Both the position numbers and the translations under genes were made by a program. 24,462 nucleotides of DNA from a virus (Duplodnaviria; Caudoviricetes). The notes beneath the pieces were generated by a model that saw only the letters and a program-made list of their open reading frames with translations, ran no database searches and was not told the DNA's origin. The stretch covers positions 1 through 24,462 of the IMG/VR virus record IMGVR_UViG_3300005573_000268. One strand, given 5' to 3'. Below are positions 15,161 through 23,265 of this stretch, piece after piece. Numbering within the stretch: the first letter of the stretch is position 1; each line of letters opens with the position of its first letter.

Positions 15161-17196
15161 CGGCGGTGCTGCGGCATAGTCAGACAATCGCGACGACCAC
15201 CGGGGGGGACCTGGTGGTGGGGCTGGGGCTCACGACGAATCCTGGCGATACCATCGTGGTAGCGGTGGTCGAGGACGCAGGGTCCCCCTCGGGCGGCGGC
15301 GTAACCTGGGCGAGTAGCGGATGTCCTGGGGTGTATGTCGGGGCCGACGCCACCGGAGGGGCCACGCAGATCACGGTCCCCACCTACGCCGGGGAACCGG
15401 CTGCCGGGCTCGTCATGGTGTTCTCGGGACTCAGTACGCTTTCTCCGGTGGGCGCCGCCACCCAGATAGCCGTGCCACCCAATGCGTCGGCCACCACCTC
15501 GGCCCTCGGCTTCACGGGCGCCGACTATGTCCTTGGCATCGCTGCCTTCTTCGGGAGCGTGGCGCCGGGGCTGAGTGTGCCAACTGGCATCGGCATCCCT
15601 CTATCGTCTCTTGACGACTTCAGCGACAACGATGGCACCTACTACGCGCAAATTGCTGCGGCCGGGGCTGCGCCGACCACGCCAGGGAGTCTGAGCGCTT
15701 CTTCCACCAACTCAACGTCCCAAGCGAACGCCTACCTCGGCCTCCTCGTCCTCCAGGGCTATTCGGCCCCGGCCCCGCCTTCCCTCGTCTCGCCGGCCAA
15801 CGCCTCCTACGAGGACGTGTCCACGGACCCGGCGTTCACCCTCGGCTACCAGTCCACCGACGGCACCGCACAGATCGCCTACGCCTTCGGGCTCAAGACC
15901 TCCGGCGCGAGTTCCTACAGCTACTTCAACGCCTCCACGAACGCCATGCAGTCGAGCGTGGTGTGGAACAGCGACTCCGTGGCTGTCAGCGGCACGTGGC
16001 AGGTGACGCTTCCGAGCGGGACGCTCGCGGACGGCAACGTCTACAACTGGACCGCTGCGTCGCAGTCCGCCTCCGGTGGTGCGAACCTCCAGGGCGCCTT
16101 CGCGAGCGCGTCGACGTTCACCGCGCAGGCACCTCCGACCGTGTCGGTCACGGCGCCCACAGGGACCATCTCGGGCACGCTGACGCCCGCTGTCGACTGG
16201 ACCGGGGCCTTCCCCTCCGGGGCCACGCAGACGGGCTACGAGGTCATCGTGGAGTCCGGTGCGTTCTCCACCACGCCCGGCTCCGGCACCCAGGCGTACT
16301 CCTCCGGGGTGGTCGCCAGCTCCGCGAGCAGCGCCAGCATCGCCTCGGGCCTCGTCACGGCCACGACCTACCGGGCCTTCGTGCAGCTCACCGAGAGCGG
16401 GGGCCAGACCTCCTCGTGGGGCTACACGGCGTTCACCCTCGGGGTCGACGTGCCTGCACAGCCGCTGTTCACGGCGGACCCGACGGCGGACCCGACGACC
16501 GGCGCGCCGATGGTCATCCTCACCGCCCAGCCCGAGGACAACTTCCTCACCGCGGTCGATGCGAGCTTCGAGACGGGCGTCGGCACATGGACGGCGGGGC
16601 CGAACTGGACAGTTGCTCAGGACAGCACCCACGCTCTCGACGGCTCCTACGCCCTTCTCTGTAAGCGAGCGAACACCACCGCCACCAACGGCTACGCGCA
16701 AAATGCCGTCTACACCCTTGAGCCAGGGGCCTCCTACGTCGCAGAGGCGGCGGTGCTCGGGGACGCCTCGAGTACCGGCCTGCCCTACACCGTCGTCGTC
16801 CAGCTCGCTGGCACTCACCGGACGGTCACTGCCACCTTCACGATGAGCGAGGGGTGGCAGGTCGTCTCGGTGCCCTTCACCGTCGCCGCGACCGGCGAGA
16901 CTGGGGCGAACCTCCTTGTCACGGACGACCCCCAGAGCGCACCGGCGAGCGGTCAGCAGTTCTGGCTTGATGAGTGTGGCATCTTCCCGGCCGGAGCCAC
17001 CTCCTGGGCGGCTGGGGGTTTCGTCGGGACGACCTCGGTGAACTTCACCTTCTCCGACGACGGCGTGAACTGGTACCCGGTGCGCAACGGCACGAACGTC
17101 CCCATCGCCTCCACGCAGGCACCCGTGGTCGTCAACGACTACGAAGGGGCGCTGGGCTTCATCCGGCAGTACCGATGCCAGGTGGTGAGTGGATGA
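15157..17196 (+). CDS. minor tail protein with Ig/FN3-like and carbohydrate-binding-like domains
   Basis: 679 aa, Ser/Thr/Gly-rich beta protein. NFLTAVDASFETGVGTW is a CBM-like start, and the C-terminus reads NDYEGALG...YRC. Confidence 0.75.
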   Translation: MTAVLRHSQTIATTTGGDLVVGLGLTTNPGDTIVVAVVEDAGSPSGGGVTWASSGCPGVYVGADATGGATQITVPTYAGEPAAGLVMVFSGLSTLSPVGAATQIAVPPNASATTSALGFTGADYVLGIAAFFGSVAPGLSVPTGIGIPLSSLDDFSDNDGTYYAQIAAAGAAPTTPGSLSASSTNSTSQANAYLGLLVLQGYSAPAPPSLVSPANASYEDVSTDPAFTLGYQSTDGTAQIAYAFGLKTSGASSYSYFNASTNAMQSSVVWNSDSVAVSGTWQVTLPSGTLADGNVYNWTAASQSASGGANLQGAFASASTFTAQAPPTVSVTAPTGTISGTLTPAVDWTGAFPSGATQTGYEVIVESGAFSTTPGSGTQAYSSGVVASSASSASIASGLVTATTYRAFVQLTESGGQTSSWGYTAFTLGVDVPAQPLFTADPTADPTTGAPMVILTAQPEDNFLTAVDASFETGVGTWTAGPNWTVAQDSTHALDGSYALLCKRANTTATNGYAQNAVYTLEPGASYVAEAAVLGDASSTGLPYTVVVQLAGTHRTVTATFTMSEGWQVVSVPFTVAATGETGANLLVTDDPQSAPASGQQFWLDECGIFPAGATSWAAGGFVGTTSVNFTFSDDGVNWYPVRNGTNVPIASTQAPVVVNDYEGALGFIRQYRCQVVSG

Positions 17197-17639
17197 CCGT
17201 CACGAGCTTCACCGCCGCGCTCGAGGCGCAGTGGCCGACCTCTCTCCGCTGGTGGCTCAAGGACCCGGTGAACCCGGCCGCGAACATGGAAGTCTCCATG
17301 CAGCCAGGGCTGTTCAAGGTCTCGAGCACCGACCCCCAGCAGATCGTGTTCCCGATCGGCAGCCCGCAGGCGATCATCATGCGGGACACCATCAAGATGC
17401 CGGTTTTATCACTGCCGATGCGGTTCCTCACCGACTCGGAGTTCCAAGCCTTCGAGCAGCTGCGCGCGACGGGGCACATCCTGCTCCTCCAGGCACCGAA
17501 GGAGATCGGCCAGTGGTACATCGTGCTCGGCGACACCAAGCAGGACCAGATCAACCTCGCCACCGTGCGGGGCTGGTCGACCGAGGGGCTGCTGGTGCGT
17601 GACATCACCATCTCCGCGCAGTCCACCGTCGCGCCGTGA
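17193..17639 (+). CDS. minor tail protein (distal-tail-like)
   Basis: ATGA-coupled start at 17193. WWLKDPVNPAAN and LLLQAP motifs are seen in actinophage minor tail proteins. Confidence 0.7.
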   Translation: MTVTSFTAALEAQWPTSLRWWLKDPVNPAANMEVSMQPGLFKVSSTDPQQIVFPIGSPQAIIMRDTIKMPVLSLPMRFLTDSEFQAFEQLRATGHILLLQAPKEIGQWYIVLGDTKQDQINLATVRGWSTEGLLVRDITISAQSTVAP

Positions 17640-19102
17640 CCTCCGCGCAGGACGCGCTCCCCAACGCGCCCTTCCGCGTCGTCACAGCGGTCGCGGTCCT
17701 CAACCAGGACGGGTCGACGAAGGGTTGGCTCACCGACATCATGCCGGGGGGCACCGTCACGATCGACACGACAGCCGAGGTCGTGCGCACGTGCAGCTTC
17801 GAGATACTGGACCCATCGGGGCTCCTGATGCCGCTCTGGCCGTCTGGTGGGTACCTGGATCCGTCCAAGGGCGTCGAGGTGCAAATCTTCTCGGGCTACG
17901 ACGTCGATGGCGCCGTCACGCTGTTCAGCCTCGGCATCTTCTACCTGCAAGAGGTGGACGTCGCCTCGGGCTCGGGAGGCACCACAGCGCCCGGTCCGGT
18001 GCTCACGGTCACGGCCAACGACCGCGCCGAGCGCATCAGCACGAACCTGTTCACCGACGCCTTCTCGATTGCCCAGGGCACGAGCATCGCCCAGGCCGTC
18101 CTCGACGTGCTCGCCTCGCAAGCCCCGTGGTGCACGCAGGTCTCGATCGCCCCGTCGAGCGCGACTGTGGCCGCACAGGCCGCTCAGCCCGGTGACGACC
18201 CGTGGGCGCTCATGCAGTCCATTTGCGCGTCGGGGGGCCAGCTCATCTTCTTCGACCGCGACGGCGTCCTCCGCGTCATCGACGACCCCTCGGCCAACCC
18301 CGCTCCTCCGACGGCGACCTTCGCCGACGGCCTCGGCAACCCAGCGACATCGGTCACGAGGACGACATCGAACAGCCCCGGCTACAACGGCGTGATCGTC
18401 ACCGGCCAGTCGATGACGAGCTCGTCGACGGTCATCTCCGGCTCGGCCTTCGACATGGACCCCTCGAGCCCCTTCTACGCCCTCGGGCCGTACGGCAAGC
18501 GCCCGGCGCCACCGGTGCAAGTCAGCACGGTCACCACCTCCGCACAGGCCGCACAGATGGCACAGGCGCTGCTCCCGCAGGTGCTCGGGATGACCCGCCA
18601 GGTGGTCGTCGACTGCGCCCCCTGCTTCTGGCTCGAGGCGTACGACCTGACTGTGGTGACGAACATCGCCACGCGCACCGACGAGGTGCTGATCCTGGAG
18701 CAGGCCACCATGCCGCTCGACTACTCGACGCTCGGAGCGGTCACCTCGGTCCCGCTCGGCACGCCGATCAGTCAGTTCGACGGGCTGAATAACCAGCCGT
18801 CGGTCGCGGCCTACGCGCCGGTCAGCAACGGCAGCTTCAACTACAACCCCACCACGGGCACCTACACGTACTCGAGCACGTCCGGCACCACCGGCTCGGT
18901 CGGCACGGGGCTCTCCCTGAGTGGGATCGGCAGCGGGGGCCTCGGTGGCGTCGGGGGCATGGGCTTCGGCATCTTCGGCATCCCCGGCGTCGGCGGGGGC
19001 GGCGTGACGCGCTTCCTGCGCACCGGCAACGGCGGCTACGAGGTCAAGCGGGACACGGCCGATGGCGTCACTACCGTCGAGCGCACCGTGGAGGACGCAT
19101 GA
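17636..19102 (+). CDS. baseplate hub/tail tip protein (DUF5047-like)
   Basis: GGTVTIDTTAEVVRTC, SLGIF, FFDRDG, YNGVIVTG and GPYGKRP motifs, and gene position. Confidence 0.75.
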   Translation: MTSAQDALPNAPFRVVTAVAVLNQDGSTKGWLTDIMPGGTVTIDTTAEVVRTCSFEILDPSGLLMPLWPSGGYLDPSKGVEVQIFSGYDVDGAVTLFSLGIFYLQEVDVASGSGGTTAPGPVLTVTANDRAERISTNLFTDAFSIAQGTSIAQAVLDVLASQAPWCTQVSIAPSSATVAAQAAQPGDDPWALMQSICASGGQLIFFDRDGVLRVIDDPSANPAPPTATFADGLGNPATSVTRTTSNSPGYNGVIVTGQSMTSSSTVISGSAFDMDPSSPFYALGPYGKRPAPPVQVSTVTTSAQAAQMAQALLPQVLGMTRQVVVDCAPCFWLEAYDLTVVTNIATRTDEVLILEQATMPLDYSTLGAVTSVPLGTPISQFDGLNNQPSVAAYAPVSNGSFNYNPTTGTYTYSSTSGTTGSVGTGLSLSGIGSGGLGGVGGMGFGIFGIPGVGGGGVTRFLRTGNGGYEVKRDTADGVTTVERTVEDA

Positions 19103-19362
19103 ACGAGCGCACGCACCCTCACCAGCAGGTACAGCGCACCGTCCGCGCCCTGAACCGGATGATCGCCAAGCAGGTCCGCGCCGCGGGGGTGAAGCAGCTC
19201 GCCACCGTCAGCCAGACCTCCCCGATCCTCGTCGTGCTCGACGGCGCCACCAAGACAGTCCCCGCGTCTCGCCTGACGAGCTACGCCCCGACGGTCAACG
19301 ACCGGGTACTCGTCGAGGTGTTCGGGCGCCAGGTGATCGTGCTCGGGACCTTCACGACCTAG
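19099..19362 (+). CDS. small tail protein (OB-fold spike-like)
   Basis: SYAPTVNDRVLV...VIVLG motif, and ATGA overlap. Confidence 0.7.
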   Translation: MNERTHPHQQVQRTVRALNRMIAKQVRAAGVKQLATVSQTSPILVVLDGATKTVPASRLTSYAPTVNDRVLVEVFGRQVIVLGTFTT

Positions 19363-19395
19363 TGCCCGCTTGGAGGGGGTCTGTGCGGGCACCGT
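19362..19395 (+). promoter_or_regulatory. putative late promoter 4: GTGCCCGCTT-N18-CACCGT (lysis module), within inverted repeat GTGCCCGC/GCGGGCAC
   Basis: Same motif and spacing. GTG lies 7 nt downstream, at 19403. The inverted repeat arms are at 19362-19369 and 19385-19392. Confidence 0.65.
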
Positions 19396-19402
19396 AAGCC
19401 GC

Positions 19403-19588
19403 GTGAACCAGCCTGCGCGCCCTCCCGTCCAGTCGGCTCGCGTCTCGGACGTGCTCGGGGCCATGACGCCACGGGACGTGCACACCATCGAGCTTGGCTC
19501 CGGTGCGGTCGCGGTGATCGACCGGGCGCTCGACATCCTCGAACGCTACCTGGACATGCGTGGCGCTCTCCGGGGAGGCAGGGCATGA
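19403..19588 (+). CDS. hypothetical protein, probably leaderless
   Basis: In frame with track ORF 19370..19588, with an ATGA overlap into the next gene. Confidence 0.55.
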   Translation: MNQPARPPVQSARVSDVLGAMTPRDVHTIELGSGAVAVIDRALDILERYLDMRGALRGGRA

Positions 19589-19917
19589 GTGGTGGCATCG
19601 GTGCCGGCGATGTCGTCGCCATCGTCGGGGTCATCGGGGTCGCTGCGACTGTCGGGCGCTTCTCAGGCAGCGTCATCCACGGGCACCACATCCGGGAGCG
19701 GGCCGCAGAGGCCGAGTTGAAGATCGAGGAGGAGCGCCAGGCCCGCATCGAGACCGTCCTTCTCGGGAAAGCCGCAGACGAGTGGGGTCCTGGCTCGAAG
19801 GGGATGATCGAGCAGATGGCAGCGAACACCGCTGCCACGGCCGAGCTCGCGGAGGCGATGACGCGTCTGCGCTCCGCGTTCGGCAAGCACACGGACCATC
19901 CGCCGGGGGAGAGCTGA
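19585..19917 (+). CDS. membrane-anchored protein (one TM plus coiled coil), lysis module
   Basis: RBS GGAGG, and an N-terminal hydrophobic stretch VVAIVGVIGVAATV. Confidence 0.7.
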   Translation: MSGGIGAGDVVAIVGVIGVAATVGRFSGSVIHGHHIRERAAEAELKIEEERQARIETVLLGKAADEWGPGSKGMIEQMAANTAATAELAEAMTRLRSAFGKHTDHPPGES

Positions 19918-20261
19918 TGGCTCGCACCTTCACGGACCCGGTGACCGGCGACGCCCTCTCGCTCGGGGAGCACGTCGCGTGGCGCGCGCAGGGCATCTTC
20001 CGGCGCTGGTCGACCATGATCCTCATCCAAGTCGTCTGCGTGGCGTGGCTGGCCCTCGGGAGCGCCTCGGCACGCAACTGGTGGAACTACTCGTGGTCCG
20101 ACCTCGCCATCATCGTCGAGAACGTCACGATGCTCGCCCTGTTCAGCCAGACCCGGCGCGACGCCGTCGTGATGCGCGAGACGCGGGAGATGGCCCGGCG
20201 CCAGGCCGACATCCTCACCCACCTCGAAGCGCTGCTCGAGCACCACGGGATCGAGGTCTGA
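19917..20261 (+). CDS. DUF1003-like two-TM membrane protein (holin candidate)
   Basis: TGATG start at 19917. SLGEHVAW...W..ILIQVVCVAW...WN...S.LA.....ML...SQ..RD resembles DUF1003. Confidence 0.6.
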   Translation: MARTFTDPVTGDALSLGEHVAWRAQGIFRRWSTMILIQVVCVAWLALGSASARNWWNYSWSDLAIIVENVTMLALFSQTRRDAVVMRETREMARRQADILTHLEALLEHHGIEV

Positions 20262-21085
20262 TGGCGAACGCTGTCGACTTCTCCTGGTCCCGTCCGGGGG
20301 CTCCTGCGCTCAAGGCTGCCGGCGTGGCTGGCGTACTGCGCTACCTCTCCGCCGACCCTTCCAAGGCCCTCGGGCCCGGTGAGTGGGCCGAGTACCGCGC
20401 CGCTCGCATCCCGGTCGCTCTCGTCTACGAGGACGGCCCCACCGACTTCGAGGGAGGCGTCCAGGCCGGTCGCGCCAAGGCACAGATCGCCGGGCCGCTC
20501 CTCGCTGCTCTGGCGTGGCCTGCGTGTCGTCCCGTCTACGCGGCTGTGGACTGCAACCTCCCGTCCGGTGGGTACCAGATCACCTTCTCCGGGATCGGCG
20601 CCTTCGCCACCGCCCTCGGACGCCCGATGGCGGTGTACGGCCCTCGTCCGTTCCTGGCCTACTGCGCCGACCGTGGCGTGCAGTTCCTGTGGGAGCTGGG
20701 GTCGTCGTCGTTCAACACCGGGCCCGAGCCGAAGGGCAAGGTGCTGCAACAGCTCGTCGGCGGTCCTGCGATCGGCGGCGCCGAGGTCGACTACGACACT
20801 GTGCTCGCGCGGGACTGGGGCCAGGTCCCCGCTCCGGTGGGCCGTGTCCGCCATCTCGCGGCGCGCGTGCTTCGCCGCAGTCCGATCGCGTCGGCCCGCA
20901 TCGAGTCCTCTGCGCCCGTCCTCGTCCCGCACCCCGGTGGAGGGATGGCGCTGTGCTACCTCGACCGCCATCTCTGGATGGGCGTGCCGTCGCCGGCAGA
21001 CCTCGACCGGCTCGAGTCGGTCGGGGTGCGCCATGCAGGGGTGCCGGCGTCCTTTTTCGCCACGTCCACGCAAATCCCCTGGTAA
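20261..21085 (+). CDS. endolysin, DUF1906/Rv2525c-like (GH25-like) glycoside hydrolase
   Basis: VDFSWSRP, LKAAG...VLRYLS, VALVYE, VYAAVD, AVYG and DWGQ motifs. TGATG start. Confidence 0.88.
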   Translation: MANAVDFSWSRPGAPALKAAGVAGVLRYLSADPSKALGPGEWAEYRAARIPVALVYEDGPTDFEGGVQAGRAKAQIAGPLLAALAWPACRPVYAAVDCNLPSGGYQITFSGIGAFATALGRPMAVYGPRPFLAYCADRGVQFLWELGSSSFNTGPEPKGKVLQQLVGGPAIGGAEVDYDTVLARDWGQVPAPVGRVRHLAARVLRRSPIASARIESSAPVLVPHPGGGMALCYLDRHLWMGVPSPADLDRLESVGVRHAGVPASFFATSTQIPW

Positions 21086-21095
21086 GGAGCGCCAC

Positions 21096-21527
21096 ATGGC
21101 CAAGTCCATCTCTCCCACGATGAAGGTCCACATCCCCGCCTTCGCCGGTGGCATCCTCGCCACGGTCGACGGTGCGATCCAGCACGGTCCGACGCTCGTG
21201 CGTGCCGTGCTCGTGATCGTCGGCGGGGTCGTCGCTCTCAGCTCGACGGTCGCGACCATCATCCGCGACAAGGGCGTGTCGGTCGCCTCGATCGAGCAGG
21301 CCGGCTCTGCGCTGGCGGCCAAGCTCCCGAGCCTCGAAGCCGAGCTCGGCACCGTCGGCACGCTCGTCTCCACGGACTTCCCCGCCACCAAGGCCACGGT
21401 CGACTCCCTCGTGCGTGTCGTGGGGGACCTCCAGGCCAAGGTCGCAGACGTTCCCACCGTCGCCCAGCTCGTCGACGCGACGAAGCACTCCATCCTCGGC
21501 CAGCCCACGACGCCACCCGTCGCCTGA
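21096..21527 (+). CDS. putative holin/membrane protein
   Basis: RBS TAAGGAG and two N-terminal hydrophobic segments. Directly follows the endolysin. Confidence 0.6.
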   Translation: MAKSISPTMKVHIPAFAGGILATVDGAIQHGPTLVRAVLVIVGGVVALSSTVATIIRDKGVSVASIEQAGSALAAKLPSLEAELGTVGTLVSTDFPATKATVDSLVRVVGDLQAKVADVPTVAQLVDATKHSILGQPTTPPVA

Positions 21528-21829
21528 TGCTCCCCCTGTGGGCGCTCGCCCTCCTCGTCGCCGGTGCGATGGTCGTCCAGGACAACCTGGCGACCTTCCT
21601 CGTCGTCGCGGAGGGGCGCAACCTCGGGCGCTGGGCGGGCTGGCTCGACGCGGCCAACGACTACGCGTCGCGCTACGGGAGTGCCATCACCGCCGGGGCC
21701 TTCGTGAAGTGGGGGCTCGGAAACTGGCGCACGCAGATGCTGTTCATCGCCTCCGCGCTCGCGTCCTACGTCGCCACGAACCACGCGACCACGTGGGCGC
21801 ACCGCTACTTGCCGGGGAGTGTCCAGTGA
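21527..21829 (+). CDS. hypothetical membrane protein
   Basis: 100 aa with two to three hydrophobic segments. Translationally coupled at both ends. Confidence 0.65.
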   Translation: MLPLWALALLVAGAMVVQDNLATFLVVAEGRNLGRWAGWLDAANDYASRYGSAITAGAFVKWGLGNWRTQMLFIASALASYVATNHATTWAHRYLPGSVQ

Positions 21830-22344
21830 ATCCCGCGCCCCTGCACCTCGACCTCGCGTCGGCTCTGCCCGGTGACGTCGTGCTCGCGCACACCCGTGGG
21901 CTGTTCGGGCGACTCATCCGCTTCGGGACGCGTTCCGCGTGGTCCCACGCCGCGATCATCGAGATGGTCGGGGCGACCCCCGAGCGCACGTGGGTCATCC
22001 AGGCCGAGGCCAAGGGCGTCACGCGGGCCACGCTGGACCAGGTGGCGCCGGGGGGCTACTACGCCATCGTCGCTGCGCCGAACGGCCTGGACCGCCAGCG
22101 GTGCTTGGAGTGGGCACGCAGCCGGGTCGGGGAGGAGTACGGGTTCCTGACCATCCTCTCGATCGCCGTCACGCTGCTCTCCCCGCGGTTCCTACGCGTC
22201 GACTTCCGCCGCCAGGGCACCCTTATCTGCTCGGCGCTCGTCGCTCTCTCGCTGCACGCGGGCGGGTGGCTTGCGCGCGTGGGCGACTTCTACCAGGTCT
22301 CGCCCGGCTCCCTTGAACAGCTCCTGGTGCGACCGGCGCGATGA
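21826..22344 (+). CDS. permuted papain-like NlpC/P60 enzyme (YiiX/YaeF, peptidase C92-like)
   Basis: PGDVVL, WSHAAI (catalytic His), VGEEY and LICSALV (catalytic Cys after His, the permuted order), then VSPGSL. Confidence 0.85.
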   Translation: MNPAPLHLDLASALPGDVVLAHTRGLFGRLIRFGTRSAWSHAAIIEMVGATPERTWVIQAEAKGVTRATLDQVAPGGYYAIVAAPNGLDRQRCLEWARSRVGEEYGFLTILSIAVTLLSPRFLRVDFRRQGTLICSALVALSLHAGGWLARVGDFYQVSPGSLEQLLVRPAR

Positions 22345-22345
22345 C

Positions 22346-22873
22346 GTGGACGCCGATGGTCTCATCCGCGAGCACTACGCCCTGGCGAGTCGGCTCGCTC
22401 GGCGCACAGCGTCCCGGCTGCCCGATCCCCGCTGGCGCGACGATCTTGTCTCCGCGGGGATGGAAGCCCTCGTCTCCGCGGCCCGGCGGTGGAACCCCAC
22501 CCCTGGCGTGGCTTTCGGCGTCTACCTCCACGCCCGCATCCCCGGCGCGGTCATCGACGAGTGGCGCCTGCTCACGCGCACCTGCCGGCCGCACCGACCG
22601 CTGCCGCTCTCGCTCGATCGGCTCTGCTCCGACGCTGCCGCCGAGGGGTTCGAGTACGACGCGGGTGACCCCGACCCTTCCCCTGCCGACGTGCTGGTGG
22701 CTCGTGAGGCCCTGCGTGCGTTCCTGCGGGCGTGCCGGTCCCCTCGGGACCTCGAGGTCGTCCGTGCAGCCGTCTACGGCGGCGTGGAGCTCCAAGACAT
22801 CGCCCGCGCCCACCACATCGCCCCCAGCACCCTCACGCACGACCTCGTGCGTCTGCGGCGTTCCCTCCCCTGA
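22346..22873 (+). CDS. sigma70-family RNA polymerase sigma factor (FliA/WhiG-like region 2, short region 3, region 4 HTH)
   Basis: DDLVSAGMEALVSAARRWNPTPGVAFGVYLHARIPGAVIDEWR matches group-3 region 2. It is followed by PLSLD and a C-terminal SPRDLEVV....YGGVELQDIARAHHIAPSTL. Confidence 0.82.
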   Translation: MDADGLIREHYALASRLARRTASRLPDPRWRDDLVSAGMEALVSAARRWNPTPGVAFGVYLHARIPGAVIDEWRLLTRTCRPHRPLPLSLDRLCSDAAAEGFEYDAGDPDPSPADVLVAREALRAFLRACRSPRDLEVVRAAVYGGVELQDIARAHHIAPSTLTHDLVRLRRSLP

Positions 22874-22884
22874 AAGGACCCCCC

Positions 22885-23256
22885 GTGGCTGACTTCCCCG
22901 CGACCTCCTCCGACACCGCCATCGCCGCCCTGCTCGTACCGGGCACCACGTACTACCTCAGCCAGCACACCGCGGACCCTGGCACCACCGGCGCCAACGA
23001 GGTCACCGGCGGCTCCTACGCCCGCCAGCCCATTACTTTCGGGACCGCCTCTGCGGGCTCCGAGGCGTCCACGGACGCCCAGTCCTTCACCTCGATGCCG
23101 TCGGTGACGGGGGACCTGTGGAGCGGCCTGTGGAGCGCGGTCACGGGCGGCACGTTCCTTTGGGGCGACCCCAACTCGACCGTCACCGGGCCCGTCGCAG
23201 CCGGGGCAACGGTGGACTACGCGATCGGCGCCATCGTCGCCGGCCCGATCAGCTAA
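22885..23256 (+). CDS. small tail-fibre/adaptor structural protein
   Basis: RBS AAAGGA. YLSQHTADPGTTGANEVTGGSYARQPITF...GLWSAVTGGTFL is a widespread phage tail motif. Confidence 0.8.
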   Translation: MADFPATSSDTAIAALLVPGTTYYLSQHTADPGTTGANEVTGGSYARQPITFGTASAGSEASTDAQSFTSMPSVTGDLWSGLWSAVTGGTFLWGDPNSTVTGPVAAGATVDYAIGAIVAGPIS

Positions 23257-23265
23257 GGGGCCCGC

